From an uncultured bacterium (GTDB lineage: Bacteria > Patescibacteriota > Dojkabacteria > J137): a stretch of DNA of 64,000 nucleotides. Position numbers and translations under genes: made by a program. The stretch is from positions 1,064,690-1,128,689 of the forward strand of contig OY969472.1 in assembly GCA_963700155.1 (NCBI GenBank). The letters run 5' to 3'. Under the pieces are notes generated by a model. That model did not search any database and was not told the DNA's origin. It saw only the letters and a program-made list of their open reading frames with translations. Below, piece by piece: positions 48,099 through 58,526 of this stretch; position 1 is the stretch's first letter; each line of letters starts with the position of its first letter.

Positions 48099-48770
48099 TT
48101 AAGATCTTACAATACCACTCTCAATATCTTGTTCTCTAAGGTTTAATACATCAAGTCCAGTTTTGTCAGGTTCATAGACAGAATAATAAAGTTTAACCAA
48201 TTCATCATTAGTTAATTGTCTTGCAGCAATACCCATGTTACCGAATTGTTTAATCATTGCATCTCTTTTTGGATAAAGCTCTTCTTTAGCTTTACTTATA
48301 ACTTCAGTAACATTAACAATTTTTTCTTGTTTTCCAAATAATTGTTTTAACCAGTTTGTAGAAACCATTGGTGTTTTAGTTGAAGGTATTATTGTAAAAA
48401 ATCTTTTATCTAGAATTTCAGTTGCTTCTGTTAAATTATTAATAAACTCTTGATATATTGACACTTGATTAGCGATTGGTTCAGAAGCGGCTTTTCTTTT
48501 ATATGAATCTAAAAGTGTTAAATATTTTGCAATATCTGTTCTCTGAGTTCTAATCACTATTTGTACAGGAAATCTTATTGAATTAAGAAAAGCCGCGAAT
48601 GAATATATTTTTGCATCCTTTTCCTTAGAATCCAATAAATCAAAGTTAAGCGAGGTAGTTTCTAATACTAAAGAAACTTTCCCGTTTTTTAATAAAACTA
48701 AGTCATCTTTAATATCTTCAATATCCAAATGTTCTTGTGTACTGATTTTTTTTGCATCAAATATCCCCAT
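48099..48770 (-). CDS. VirB4-associated protein (TraC/VirB4 N-terminal-like)
   Basis: STQEHLDIEDIKDD, LNFDLL, FLNSIRFPVQI; directly upstream of VirB4. Confidence 0.7.
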   Translation of the reverse strand: MGIFDAKKISTQEHLDIEDIKDDLVLLKNGKVSLVLETTSLNFDLLDSKEKDAKIYSFAAFLNSIRFPVQIVIRTQRTDIAKYLTLLDSYKRKAASEPIANQVSIYQEFINNLTEATEILDKRFFTIIPSTKTPMVSTNWLKQLFGKQEKIVNVTEVISKAKEELYPKRDAMIKQFGNMGIAARQLTNDELVKLYYSVYEPDKTGLDVLNLREQDIESGIVRS

Positions 48771-48899
48771 ATATACTAATTTACAATAATTTTATAATAC
48801 TAAAACAAGATATCAGAAATTAAGTGAAGATTAAAGATAGGCTTTTCCAGAAAATTTAATAGCTTTATCTTTTTAGTAATAATTTGATATAATCTTGGC

Positions 48900-49271
48900 G
48901 TGTCAATTTTAGATATATTTGGTACCAAAAACGAGCGTCAGAATATAGTTGGTCAAGTCGACTGCACTGCAGAAGATGCACCAACAGTGTTTTTGGGTCT
49001 TATGCAGACAATGGGAATGTCAAATCCTTCGGTATCTATTTCAAATTCATCAAAAGGAGTATCAATATCAAAGAAAGGGAAAAAATACACATTAGTTCTT
49101 GAAATGTTCCAACCACCAATTCAGATAAGTTGGGAAGATCCAATTGATTATAATCAGATTTTAAGCTTTATAAATAAAATTTCTAGGGGAAATAATAAAG
49201 TTTGTTGGGTAAATTTTATAAATATGAGTGATGGAAGTAAATCGCTTCAATTTGCTATAGATCAAAATTAA
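48900..49271 (+). CDS. Hypothetical protein
   Basis: GTG start 6 nt after TGaTATAAT. Confidence 0.6.
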   Translation: MSILDIFGTKNERQNIVGQVDCTAEDAPTVFLGLMQTMGMSNPSVSISNSSKGVSISKKGKKYTLVLEMFQPPIQISWEDPIDYNQILSFINKISRGNNKVCWVNFINMSDGSKSLQFAIDQN

Positions 49272-49344
49272 GACTTCTTTCCACAAAATTTGAATTCACC
49301 AGCGAAAAAGATAAAATAAGAATATTAAATATAAAATTTTATAA

Positions 49345-50163
49345 ATGAATTTACTATTTGACATAGGTGGTACTAGAATGAGATTTGCACTTTCTCAAGA
49401 TAATCAGAATTTACAAAATATTAAAATATATGAATCAATTCCTACCTATAGTGAAGCTGTTAAATTTATTTCAAGTAAAAAAGACGAAATCACATTAGGA
49501 AATTCTATTGAAAATATTTCAGGAGGAATTGCAGGTGTTGTAGTTAACAATGTTTTATTTAAAGCACCACATTTAGAAGATTGGGATAACAAGCCATTTG
49601 CAGAAGATTTAAAAAGTATTTTTAATGTACGCGACAATATTTATATAACTAATGATGCTTCAGTAGCTGCTCTTGGTGAAGCTACTAAAGGTGCGGGTAA
49701 AGATTACAATATTGTCGCGTACATAACATTTGGTACAGGAGTTGGTGGTGCAAAGGTTTTAAATAAAAAAATAGAAACTTCAAAATATGGTTTTGAACCT
49801 GGACATCAAATAATTAATTTTAATGATAAAAATTATACAACTTTAGAAGAACTTGCATCTGGTTCTGGATTACAAGCTAAATATGGAATTCCTGCCAAAA
49901 AAATTACTGACAAAAGTATATGGAACGAAGTAGAGAAATTCGCTTCTTACGGATTAAATAATGTTATCCTACTCTGGTCTCCTGAGGTTATTATTTTAGG
50001 TGGTGGTTTAATTAATAACAACAGATTGAATATTGAAAAGATTGAAAATCATCTAAGTAAGATAATTAAAAATCTTCCAACTCTTCCAATCATACAAAAA
50101 TCACAACTTGGTGAAGAAGCTGGACTTTATGGAGCTTTATTTAACCTAAACAATAAACTATAA
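49345..50163 (+). CDS. ROK family sugar kinase
   Basis: DIGGT, NDASVAALGE, GTGVGG, EPGHQ, ILGGG. Confidence 0.92.
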   Translation: MNLLFDIGGTRMRFALSQDNQNLQNIKIYESIPTYSEAVKFISSKKDEITLGNSIENISGGIAGVVVNNVLFKAPHLEDWDNKPFAEDLKSIFNVRDNIYITNDASVAALGEATKGAGKDYNIVAYITFGTGVGGAKVLNKKIETSKYGFEPGHQIINFNDKNYTTLEELASGSGLQAKYGIPAKKITDKSIWNEVEKFASYGLNNVILLWSPEVIILGGGLINNNRLNIEKIENHLSKIIKNLPTLPIIQKSQLGEEAGLYGALFNLNNKL

Positions 50164-50191
50164 TCAGTACGATATATAATCGTATATAATT

Positions 50192-51374
50192 ATGAGTTCA
50201 ATTTGCTTTTACTTTCAACTTCATCAACCATTAAGGATTAATCCCGAGGCAAACAAGTTAGATGAACTTTTCTCTTATAATAAAAATGGTAAGTTAAATA
50301 ATAAGCTGATTTTAGAACAAGTTGTTGAAAGATGTTATTTACCTGCAACTGAAATGATGTTTAAACTTATTAAGAGACATCCTGAATTCAAAATTAGTTA
50401 TTCATTATCAGGTGTTTTAATTGAGCAATTAGCTAGAAATCATTCTAATGTTATAAATCTCTTTAAAAAATTAGCAGATACTGGAAGAGTTGAATTTTTT
50501 AATGAGACTTATTACCATTCACTATCTTCTTTATACTCAAAAAATGAGTTTACAGAACAAATAAAATACCATAAAGCCGTAATTAAAGATTTATTTAATC
50601 AAGAACCTGAGATATTCAGAAATACTGAAATAATTTATTCAAATGATATAGGAACTATGATAAATAATTTAGGTTATAAAGTTATTCTTGCTGAAGGAGC
50701 TGATAGAATCATAGGATGGATGAATCCAAATTTTTTATTTAAGGGAATTTCAGGAATAAATTTATTATTGAAAAACTATAAACTTTCAGATGATATTGCT
50801 TTTAGATTCGCAGATAAATCTTTCTTTGATTATCCAATGACGACTGATAAATATTTTAGAAGGGTTGATGCAATAAATTCATTAGGAAATGACTTAATAA
50901 ACTTATTTATGGATTATGAAACTTTTGGTGAACACCAAGCTAAAGAAACAGGAATTTTTGAGTTTTTCGAAGCTTTAATTGATAGATTAATTAATGACAA
51001 AATGGGTTTTATAAATCCTTCAGAAACTTATAAAAAACTTAAAGTAAAACAAATTATTTCAATGCCAGGTAATGTTTCTTGGGCAGATCATGAAAGAGAC
51101 ACTTCTGCATGGACTTCGAATGAAATGCAAAAAGAATCTCTTGAAAAAATATATTCACTTGAAGATAGAGTTAAATCTAAGGGGGACAATTATCTTCTTG
51201 ATATATGGAGAAAACTTCAGACTTCAGATCACTTTTATTTTATGTGTACTAAGAAATATGGTGGAGAGAATAGTGATATTGATGTACATTCATATTTTAG
51301 TCCTTTTGGAACTCCACGAAAATGCTTATGAAGCTTATAAGAATGCTTTAAGAATTCTTGAAGAAAGTTTATAG
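50192..51374 (+). CDS. Glycoside hydrolase family 57, with a +1 frameshift near the 3' end
   Basis: HQP, ETYYHSL, RNTE, DYETFGEH, TSDHFYFM; removing C51317 gives SPFGTPENAYEAYKNAL. Confidence 0.9.
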
Positions 51375-51384
51375 CCAATTTGAT

Positions 51385-52314
51385 CTAGTTGCCAAAAACA
51401 TCATGACCTCCAAACATATTTCTTAACACAGAAACAACTTTTCCAATATAACTTGGTTTCCTTTGCGATTCAGATCTAAATTTTACTGATTCCTCGATGA
51501 CAGGAATATTAATTTTCATTTCCTTAGCAGTATTATAAGTCCATAGACCTTCCCCTGACTGAGCTACTGAACCTGAAATCTCATCTAAATTTTCACCGTA
51601 TTTTTTATAACCATCTATAAGCCATCCAATAAGACGTGATTCAATTACACTTTTATGATTATAAACTTCAGCGACTTCTTCAAGGTTCAGATTATATTTT
51701 GACTTTTTCATAACAGCAAATCCTTCTCCAATTGCTTGCATCATTCCATACTCAATACCATTATGAACCATTTTTACAAAATGACCTGATCCAGAATCAC
51801 CAAAATATCTATAACCATCTTTTACACTTAAATCTCTAAATATAGGTTCTACATATTCAAAAACATCTCTTTCACCTCCAATCATTATACAAGCTCCATT
51901 TCTAGCACCTTTTGGGCCACCGGAGACTCCAGCATCTAAAAGGCGAATTCCTTTTTCTTTTAACGCTTTATATCTTCTTTCAGTATCTTTGAAAAAGGAA
52001 TTCGCCGCATCTATAATAATATCGCCTTTATCCAGTAAGTTTATTAAACCATCTTCACCTAAAAGGATTTGATCAGTTGGGTCACCTGCAGTTAACATTA
52101 CCCATACTATTCTCGGGGTATCTAAGCTATCGACAAATTCCTTTAATGAATAATAGCCCTTTAGACCTTGTTTTTCATAAGATTTTGTTACACTTACGGT
52201 TCTATTATAAACATGTACATTCCATTTTTTATCATTCAATTGTAACGCTATTCCACCTCCCATTTTTCCTAATCCGACAATACCTATCAAGTGGTTATTT
52301 TTAAAATTTTTCAT
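51385..52314 (-). CDS. gnd: 6-phosphogluconate dehydrogenase (short type)
   Basis: GLGKMG, GVSGG, GHFVKMVHNGIEY, SGEGLWT, LRNMFGGH. Confidence 0.95.
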   Translation of the reverse strand: MKNFKNNHLIGIVGLGKMGGGIALQLNDKKWNVHVYNRTVSVTKSYEKQGLKGYYSLKEFVDSLDTPRIVWVMLTAGDPTDQILLGEDGLINLLDKGDIIIDAANSFFKDTERRYKALKEKGIRLLDAGVSGGPKGARNGACIMIGGERDVFEYVEPIFRDLSVKDGYRYFGDSGSGHFVKMVHNGIEYGMMQAIGEGFAVMKKSKYNLNLEEVAEVYNHKSVIESRLIGWLIDGYKKYGENLDEISGSVAQSGEGLWTYNTAKEMKINIPVIEESVKFRSESQRKPSYIGKVVSVLRNMFGGHDVFGN

Positions 52315-52338
52315 ATAAAAATATAATTTAAAAATAAA

Positions 52339-52620
52339 TTATTGTTCACGATTGCGAATTCTTCTAACTTCTTCTACTATAATTAAAGGAGCTTCTTCTA
52401 TCGGTCTATCTTTAAAAATACCAGTTGTCCAAGCTTTTATTACTTCATTAAAATTATTTATATCTAGTTTCCTTTCGTCTTTGTTTCGTCCAATTCTTTT
52501 ACTTATGCTTAAATCTGGATCGTCAACTTCATTTTCCGGCCCGAAATCATACATACCAGGTTCATCACTTCCAAATTCAATTATTGATGGGTCTAGAGTA
52601 TTTTTATTTCGCCTTGGCAT
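52339..52620 (-). CDS. Hypothetical protein between zwf and gnd
   Basis: 93-aa co-oriented ORF. Confidence 0.5.
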   Translation of the reverse strand: MPRRNKNTLDPSIIEFGSDEPGMYDFGPENEVDDPDLSISKRIGRNKDERKLDINNFNEVIKAWTTGIFKDRPIEEAPLIIVEEVRRIRNREQ

Positions 52621-52659
52621 ATTAAGTATTTAAAATATAATACTTAAATTCTAAGTATA

Positions 52660-54006
52660 TTATTTTAGTTTTTCATTAGCTTTTAAAATTATATCATCTG
52701 AATCTGCTTCATAAGTTTCTAATTTAACTACATTATCTTTCCAACCATCTAAAATAGGCTGAATAAATTCCCACATATACATACTTTCATCTTTACAAAC
52801 AAAAAATGTTTGATCACCAATAAAGAAATCATGAAGAAGTTGAGTATATTCAGCAACATAAGTATTTTTATTTTCTGATTCTTTCATCATTAATGTAATC
52901 ATATTATCTTCGTTTTCAAAAGTTATTCCAGGCTTTTTTGTCTTTACAAATATCTTAATTGAATCATCTGGTTCTAATGAAAATATTACCTTATTAATTC
53001 CTTTAAAATGAACAATTACTTCTTTGTGAACGTTTTTTAAACTTTTACCTGCTTCAAGATAAAATGGAACTCCTTCCCATCTTTTAGAGTCAATAAAACA
53101 CTTTAACTTAAAATAGGTTTCCATATTAGAATTTTTAGCTACACCAGTAACATCTTTATATCCATTATATTGAGCTCTAAATGTATTAGTTCTAATTTCA
53201 TCATGTGTTAAAGGTTTTAGCATTTTCAATAAATCAGTTCTATTAAATCTAATATTTTCACAGCATAATACACTTGGTTCATCCATTGTTGTTAAAGCAA
53301 GCATTTGTAAAAGATGATTTTGACCAACATCTCTTAAAGCTCCAAGAGTATCATAAAATGCCCCCCTATTATCAATACCAAGCGTTTCATTAATTCTAAT
53401 TTCAATTTTTTCGATATGTTTATTGTCCCAGATTGGATCAAACATTGAATTAGCAAATCTAAAACTAAGAATATTTTGAACACTATCTTTTCCTAAATAA
53501 TGATCAATTCTATAAATTTGCTCTTCATTAAAATATTTACTAAATAACTCTTCAGTTTGTTTAGAGCTTTCTAAATCTCTACCTACTGGTTTTTCAACCA
53601 TCAATTTTGTTGTGGGTTCAACAAAACCTGAATTTCCTAAATTTTCAATAACAATCTGATAAAGTTCGGGTGGGATTGCAAGGTATATATGTTTAGAAGC
53701 TTCGAGATAATCTTGTTTTATTTTTATATTTAAACTTTTAAAACTTTCTAAATCATGAAATTCCCCTTTATGGTATTCAATCATTGAAAGGAATTCGTTA
53801 ATATCATTCTTTTTTATATCAGACTTTTTTTCAACACTTTTTTTAACCAGCTCTCTAAATTCTTCATTTGAAAGATCTCGCCTGCCAAAACCAATAATTT
53901 TATGGAAAACACCTGGTTTTTCTTTATTTAAGCCATAAAGTGCAGGCGAGATCTTCCTATCCATTAAATCACCAGTAGCTCCAAAAATGATTAAAACATT
54001 ATTCAT
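52660..54006 (-). CDS. zwf: Glucose-6-phosphate dehydrogenase
   Basis: FGATGDL, EKP, RIDHYLGK, DVGQNHLLQ, RWEGVPFYL. Confidence 0.96.
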   Translation of the reverse strand: MNNVLIIFGATGDLMDRKISPALYGLNKEKPGVFHKIIGFGRRDLSNEEFRELVKKSVEKKSDIKKNDINEFLSMIEYHKGEFHDLESFKSLNIKIKQDYLEASKHIYLAIPPELYQIVIENLGNSGFVEPTTKLMVEKPVGRDLESSKQTEELFSKYFNEEQIYRIDHYLGKDSVQNILSFRFANSMFDPIWDNKHIEKIEIRINETLGIDNRGAFYDTLGALRDVGQNHLLQMLALTTMDEPSVLCCENIRFNRTDLLKMLKPLTHDEIRTNTFRAQYNGYKDVTGVAKNSNMETYFKLKCFIDSKRWEGVPFYLEAGKSLKNVHKEVIVHFKGINKVIFSLEPDDSIKIFVKTKKPGITFENEDNMITLMMKESENKNTYVAEYTQLLHDFFIGDQTFFVCKDESMYMWEFIQPILDGWKDNVVKLETYEADSDDIILKANEKLK

Positions 54007-54073
54007 AAAATTGTTATTAAAATTTATACAAATTAATATACTTTATTTAAGTGAATTTTCAATGATATTGGTC

Positions 54074-55024
54074 TTATTTCTTCTTCTTTTTCTTAGATTT
54101 GTTTTTTTTATTCTTTTTTGTTGAAGATTTGGAAGTAGAGATAATTGGTTCTTCAGCTTTATCCCTCCTTTTTAAAATAGGTCTATTTAATAAGTTAATA
54201 TTTGGTCTTTGGAATTTTATATTAATAAGAAACTTCAAATTATTATAAGTAAATGAAGTCATTAATAATGAAACAAATATTAGAGCCGCAGTTACAATAA
54301 AATTAACACCTAATCCAAACGATACTGATAGAAGAATTATTACCGCAATGTATAAATACCTTTTATGGTAGAAAGCATCTGATGCATATAGTGAAGAAAT
54401 ATCTTCAAAATCTTCAGGGTTTATTCTCCAAATTACACTAAAATACATCAAACTTATCCAGATATTCATTAAAAAGAAAATAATCAAATCAATTTCTCTT
54501 ATTTGATAGTATCTTGAAAGTAAACTAAATAACCCTGCCAATATTAAATTTGAAAAGAAAACTAATTCGAAGTAATTAAGTAAAATATATAAATTTTGTT
54601 TACCAGATAATTTATTTTTTTGTTTTAGAAGAAAATAAATAAAGACAAAGACCGATGCTGCTATAAGGTATAGATTAATTAATATATTATTTATAATTAC
54701 ATTACTTCGTTCATAAAAATCTGTTGAAATTACAAAATCTACTTTTCTATCCAAGTTAATACTATCTAACATAACTTTTACTGGATCAGCTCCTTCATTC
54801 TCAAAATAAAGAACATTATTCACTCTATCAATTCTTACTAAATTAGTGTCATTTATTTTATTTATGAAATCAGAAATTTCATTTTGAGTGCCAGTAATAT
54901 TCACCTCGACATTATTATTCAACTCAAAATAATATAACCCTTTGTTAATAAAAAGTGAAAGAACAGCAGTTATTATTAGTAAACCAAATATTATTTTTGA
55001 TAGTGAATTTCCATTAAGTCTCAT
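54074..55024 (-). CDS. Highly diverged SecF-like membrane protein
   Basis: TM1, soluble domain, five more TMs; follows the SecD-like gene; basic tail. Confidence 0.5.
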   Translation of the reverse strand: MRLNGNSLSKIIFGLLIITAVLSLFINKGLYYFELNNNVEVNITGTQNEISDFINKINDTNLVRIDRVNNVLYFENEGADPVKVMLDSINLDRKVDFVISTDFYERSNVIINNILINLYLIAASVFVFIYFLLKQKNKLSGKQNLYILLNYFELVFFSNLILAGLFSLLSRYYQIREIDLIIFFLMNIWISLMYFSVIWRINPEDFEDISSLYASDAFYHKRYLYIAVIILLSVSFGLGVNFIVTAALIFVSLLMTSFTYNNLKFLINIKFQRPNINLLNRPILKRRDKAEEPIISTSKSSTKKNKKNKSKKKKKK

Positions 55025-56348
55025 TGGTTTTTGATTTTTTAAGATTAGGTAATTTAATATTTTTAATTTCTATTTCAAAAACATTTTTAAAATATAAAAT
55101 ACTCATTACGAATAGTACTAATAATCCAATTAATAATGCTCCAATAAAATCAGCTGACGTACCAATACTTATAATTAATTTATAACTTATTGCAATTACA
55201 ATAAATGTGAAGATAGATATATCTCTAATCATTCTAATAGAAGTTATTAATTCGTCTTCATCAGAACTATGTTCGTAAATATAGTATATCAAAGCGTTTA
55301 GAATAAATAACATTAATACAAACCCAATTAAGAAACTAGTTGAAATACTAGCCGTGAGAATCTTTAAAATTGAAACATAGGCTAAAATAAAGATGGATGT
55401 AGATAGAATATATTTTATTAACCCTTTAAATTTATACTTTACTAGAAAGTAAATAGCTAATATTAATGACGATATAATAAACATAACAGAAATAAAAGTA
55501 CCTGAATCCTGTTTATAAATAGGTTTTACTGTTGTGATATTTGGTTGAACTGTAAAAGTGTCACTAAACGGTTCAGTTAAAAAATAACTTCTTGCTACAT
55601 TTAAGAAATCGTTTGCCTCACGTACATTTGTAACACTCACTAATTGAGTAGGTACTGCTCTTAACATATCTTCATTGCTAGTTGAATTTGAATCATATTT
55701 AACTATATAAAAATCAGGATATCCATCAATCTCCATTAAAAAATAAGGTCCTTGGCTGTTTGCAGAAAATACACTATTAATAGTAGATACTTTGTCTTGT
55801 GATATTTTAAAAACTAAATGACTACCATAATTATCGTTATAATCAATTGTTACTGCACCTTGAATATCGTAATCTTTTAAATCAACTGATGTAGGGTTTT
55901 TCTGATCAGCTGTAATAAAAGAAAATTCAGCTTTATCCGTAAACCATTTCGCATAGTTTTCAGGATTTGAATAGTAGTCTGGGAAAGAGAAAACTAAATT
56001 ATATGCATCTGATTCAATCTGAGCTTTAACTTTAATATCATATAAACCAGATGTACTTACCCTCGATTCAACTTTATTTAAATAAGAAAGAAGAAGTTCT
56101 TGTTTTTGATCACTCGATAAATTAGTTTGTGAAAAATTTAAATTTGCATTAATTTCTTTTTTAGGATAAATTCCGAAACTCTTTTGGAAATTACCTAAAG
56201 ATGTTCCAATTTTTGCTGCAATTCTATCTGAAAAATTAATGTTGATTTCTTGTCCAGCAATATTTACAGTAAATGTTGGAATTGAAAGTATTAAAAATAC
56301 AAAAATAGAAATTACAATAAATAATATTTTTAAACTTTGACGATTCAT
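55014..56348 (-). CDS. Highly diverged SecD-like membrane protein
   Basis: KVESRVSTSGL...LVFSFP...FTDKAEFSF aligns by eye with SecD IERRVNxLG...VELPG...IGxTAxLEF; same topology. Confidence 0.6.
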   Translation of the reverse strand: MNRQSLKILFIVISIFVFLILSIPTFTVNIAGQEININFSDRIAAKIGTSLGNFQKSFGIYPKKEINANLNFSQTNLSSDQKQELLLSYLNKVESRVSTSGLYDIKVKAQIESDAYNLVFSFPDYYSNPENYAKWFTDKAEFSFITADQKNPTSVDLKDYDIQGAVTIDYNDNYGSHLVFKISQDKVSTINSVFSANSQGPYFLMEIDGYPDFYIVKYDSNSTSNEDMLRAVPTQLVSVTNVREANDFLNVARSYFLTEPFSDTFTVQPNITTVKPIYKQDSGTFISVMFIISSLILAIYFLVKYKFKGLIKYILSTSIFILAYVSILKILTASISTSFLIGFVLMLFILNALIYYIYEHSSDEDELITSIRMIRDISIFTFIVIAISYKLIISIGTSADFIGALLIGLLVLFVMSILYFKNVFEIEIKNIKLPNLKKSKTNET

Positions 56349-56442
56349 AAACAGGATTATACTCAAGATTTACTAAATTTCAAATCAGCAATTTTATTCT
56401 AATTCGTTTATACTATATCATATTTAAAAATCAAGTAATTTT

Positions 56443-57741
56443 ATGCGTTCATTTCTAGGAAAAGCTTTAAATTTATTTAGTAATTCGAAATTCTCTTCAG
56501 GTATCTGGTTTTACTCTCTACCTGTTTTTTTCTTACTACTTGCCGATAGCGCAATGTCATATATATTTCCGATTGTAGTTGAAACTAATGTGAATTCTAA
56601 TACAATCTTAGGAGTAATAATGGCTCTTTCATCTGTAGCTGGTTTGATATCGGACTTTACTTTTCCACAGTTACTAAAGGATAAAACATGGAAATTTCAA
56701 CTTATTGCAGCAATAATTTTAACTTTCTTTTTCCCAGTTTCACTTACCTTAGGAGTTGTGTGGAGTTCAATATATCTGTTTATTTTCGGAAGTATAATTT
56801 GGGGTATCTACTGGGAGTTTTTAAATTTTTCAGAACAAAGTTATATAATCGATCAAGATAAATCTGGGGATTATTCTAAAGATTGGGGAGTTATGTATTT
56901 TGTATATCAAATAACTACGGTAATTGGTCCTATTTTAGGTTCATTATTAATTGTTAATTCATTAATAACTGCAAATATAACAATAAGTTTTATTCAAGTT
57001 TTAAGTCTCTTTTTTGCAATATTATTAATTCTTGGACTTCCTTCTAAGCAGTTTTCTCACTCAACTTCAGTTAAACATACACTTAAAATTTTTAAAGAAG
57101 TTAAGTATTGGGAAATTCTTTCAAGAAACGTTTGGCCTGTGATTATTGTAGGAGTTACAATAAGTTCTATTAATGCTGTATTTTGGACTATAGGAGGATT
57201 ATTTGGAGATTTATTATTTGGAAGGGGACTTGATTGGATTGTTATTGTTCTTTTTTCAGCTCCATCAATATTAGGATCGTTAATACTAACTAGAATTATC
57301 ATAAAAAAAAGAAAAAAGAAGTATTCTCAAATATTTCTTATTATAGGATGTATATTTCTTTCAATGATATATTTTGCAACTGATTCTATATTATTAATTT
57401 TGTTACTGATTATTCTTGCTAGTTTTTCGCTTTCATTTGTAGGACCACTTAACGATGCTGTATATTCTGATCTTTTAGATAGACTTAAGAAAGGTAGAAT
57501 ACACTTATTAGGGCTAGATAAAGCTAATACCTCATTAGCTTACATAATTGGACCTTTATTAGCAGGATTCTTAGCAGATAGAATAAGTTATCAACTAACT
57601 TTAACAATTGTAGGATCGATAGGTGCTATTCTTGGAATTATTCTATTATTATCTACACCTCGAAAGTTAAAACTTCCACAAAGTAAAATGAAGGAAATGG
57701 AACCTTCAGTTCACACGAATTTAGTTAGATCTACAAAATAA
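56443..57741 (+). CDS. MFS transporter
   Basis: About 12 TMs; IGPILGS and IIGPLLAGFLADR motifs. Confidence 0.88.
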   Translation: MRSFLGKALNLFSNSKFSSGIWFYSLPVFFLLLADSAMSYIFPIVVETNVNSNTILGVIMALSSVAGLISDFTFPQLLKDKTWKFQLIAAIILTFFFPVSLTLGVVWSSIYLFIFGSIIWGIYWEFLNFSEQSYIIDQDKSGDYSKDWGVMYFVYQITTVIGPILGSLLIVNSLITANITISFIQVLSLFFAILLILGLPSKQFSHSTSVKHTLKIFKEVKYWEILSRNVWPVIIVGVTISSINAVFWTIGGLFGDLLFGRGLDWIVIVLFSAPSILGSLILTRIIIKKRKKKYSQIFLIIGCIFLSMIYFATDSILLILLLIILASFSLSFVGPLNDAVYSDLLDRLKKGRIHLLGLDKANTSLAYIIGPLLAGFLADRISYQLTLTIVGSIGAILGIILLLSTPRKLKLPQSKMKEMEPSVHTNLVRSTK

Positions 57742-57742
57742 C

Positions 57743-58432
57743 TTACTTTGATTTAGTTTTACAAGTACAGTCTTTACAATCACAGTTGTCATGAGAGCAC
57801 TCTTTACAATTTCCCATCCTGCATTCTTTACAGTCACAATTGCAATCCATTTCTAAAAGAGGTGCATATTCATCTTTATATCTCTGTTCACATTCATTTA
57901 TTATTCTAATTGCTTCTGCAATATCAAAAAAACCTTCTACTTTACCAGTTCCTGGCTTTTTTAAATCTTTGTAATGCTCCCAGTAATAAGTTGTTTCAGT
58001 TTTGAAATATTCTCCCAAATCATCAATTGAATTTATATGTTTCATTCTTTTATCTTCACTTAATACAGCGATTACCTTATCATCTTCTTCACCACCATCA
58101 ACAAACTTCATTAGACCTATAATTCTTGCTTCAACAAGAGAGCCTGGTACTAAAGGTTCTGTTACATTTACAATTTCAATATCTAAAGGATCTCCATCTA
58201 AATCCCATGTCATTGGAATTCCACCATACGTAAATGGATATGACATTGAAGAAAATCCGACTCTATCAAGTTTTAATTGTCCGGATTCAGTAATTAATTC
58301 ATATTTATTTATTGAATGAGTATTTACTTCAACTATTGCATTTACAATATTGTCTTCCTCACTTGCAAATGCTGGTAATACATGTAAAAGATTCAGCATG
58401 TATTTAGAAGGATTGTGATTGATATTTGCCAT
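57743..58432 (-). CDS. ppa: Family I inorganic pyrophosphatase with a Cys-rich C-terminal tail
   Basis: NKYE, LDRV, YPFTYG, DGDPLD, DDKVIAV, YKDL. Confidence 0.93.
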   Translation of the reverse strand: MANINHNPSKYMLNLLHVLPAFASEEDNIVNAIVEVNTHSINKYELITESGQLKLDRVGFSSMSYPFTYGGIPMTWDLDGDPLDIEIVNVTEPLVPGSLVEARIIGLMKFVDGGEEDDKVIAVLSEDKRMKHINSIDDLGEYFKTETTYYWEHYKDLKKPGTGKVEGFFDIAEAIRIINECEQRYKDEYAPLLEMDCNCDCKECRMGNCKECSHDNCDCKDCTCKTKSK

Positions 58433-58526
58433 GAACTATTGATAAAAATTAATATTATTAGTATGCTTTAAACAACAAAGAATAATACTATTTATTTTAC
58501 TTACTTTCAATTTAGTAAAAATATAC

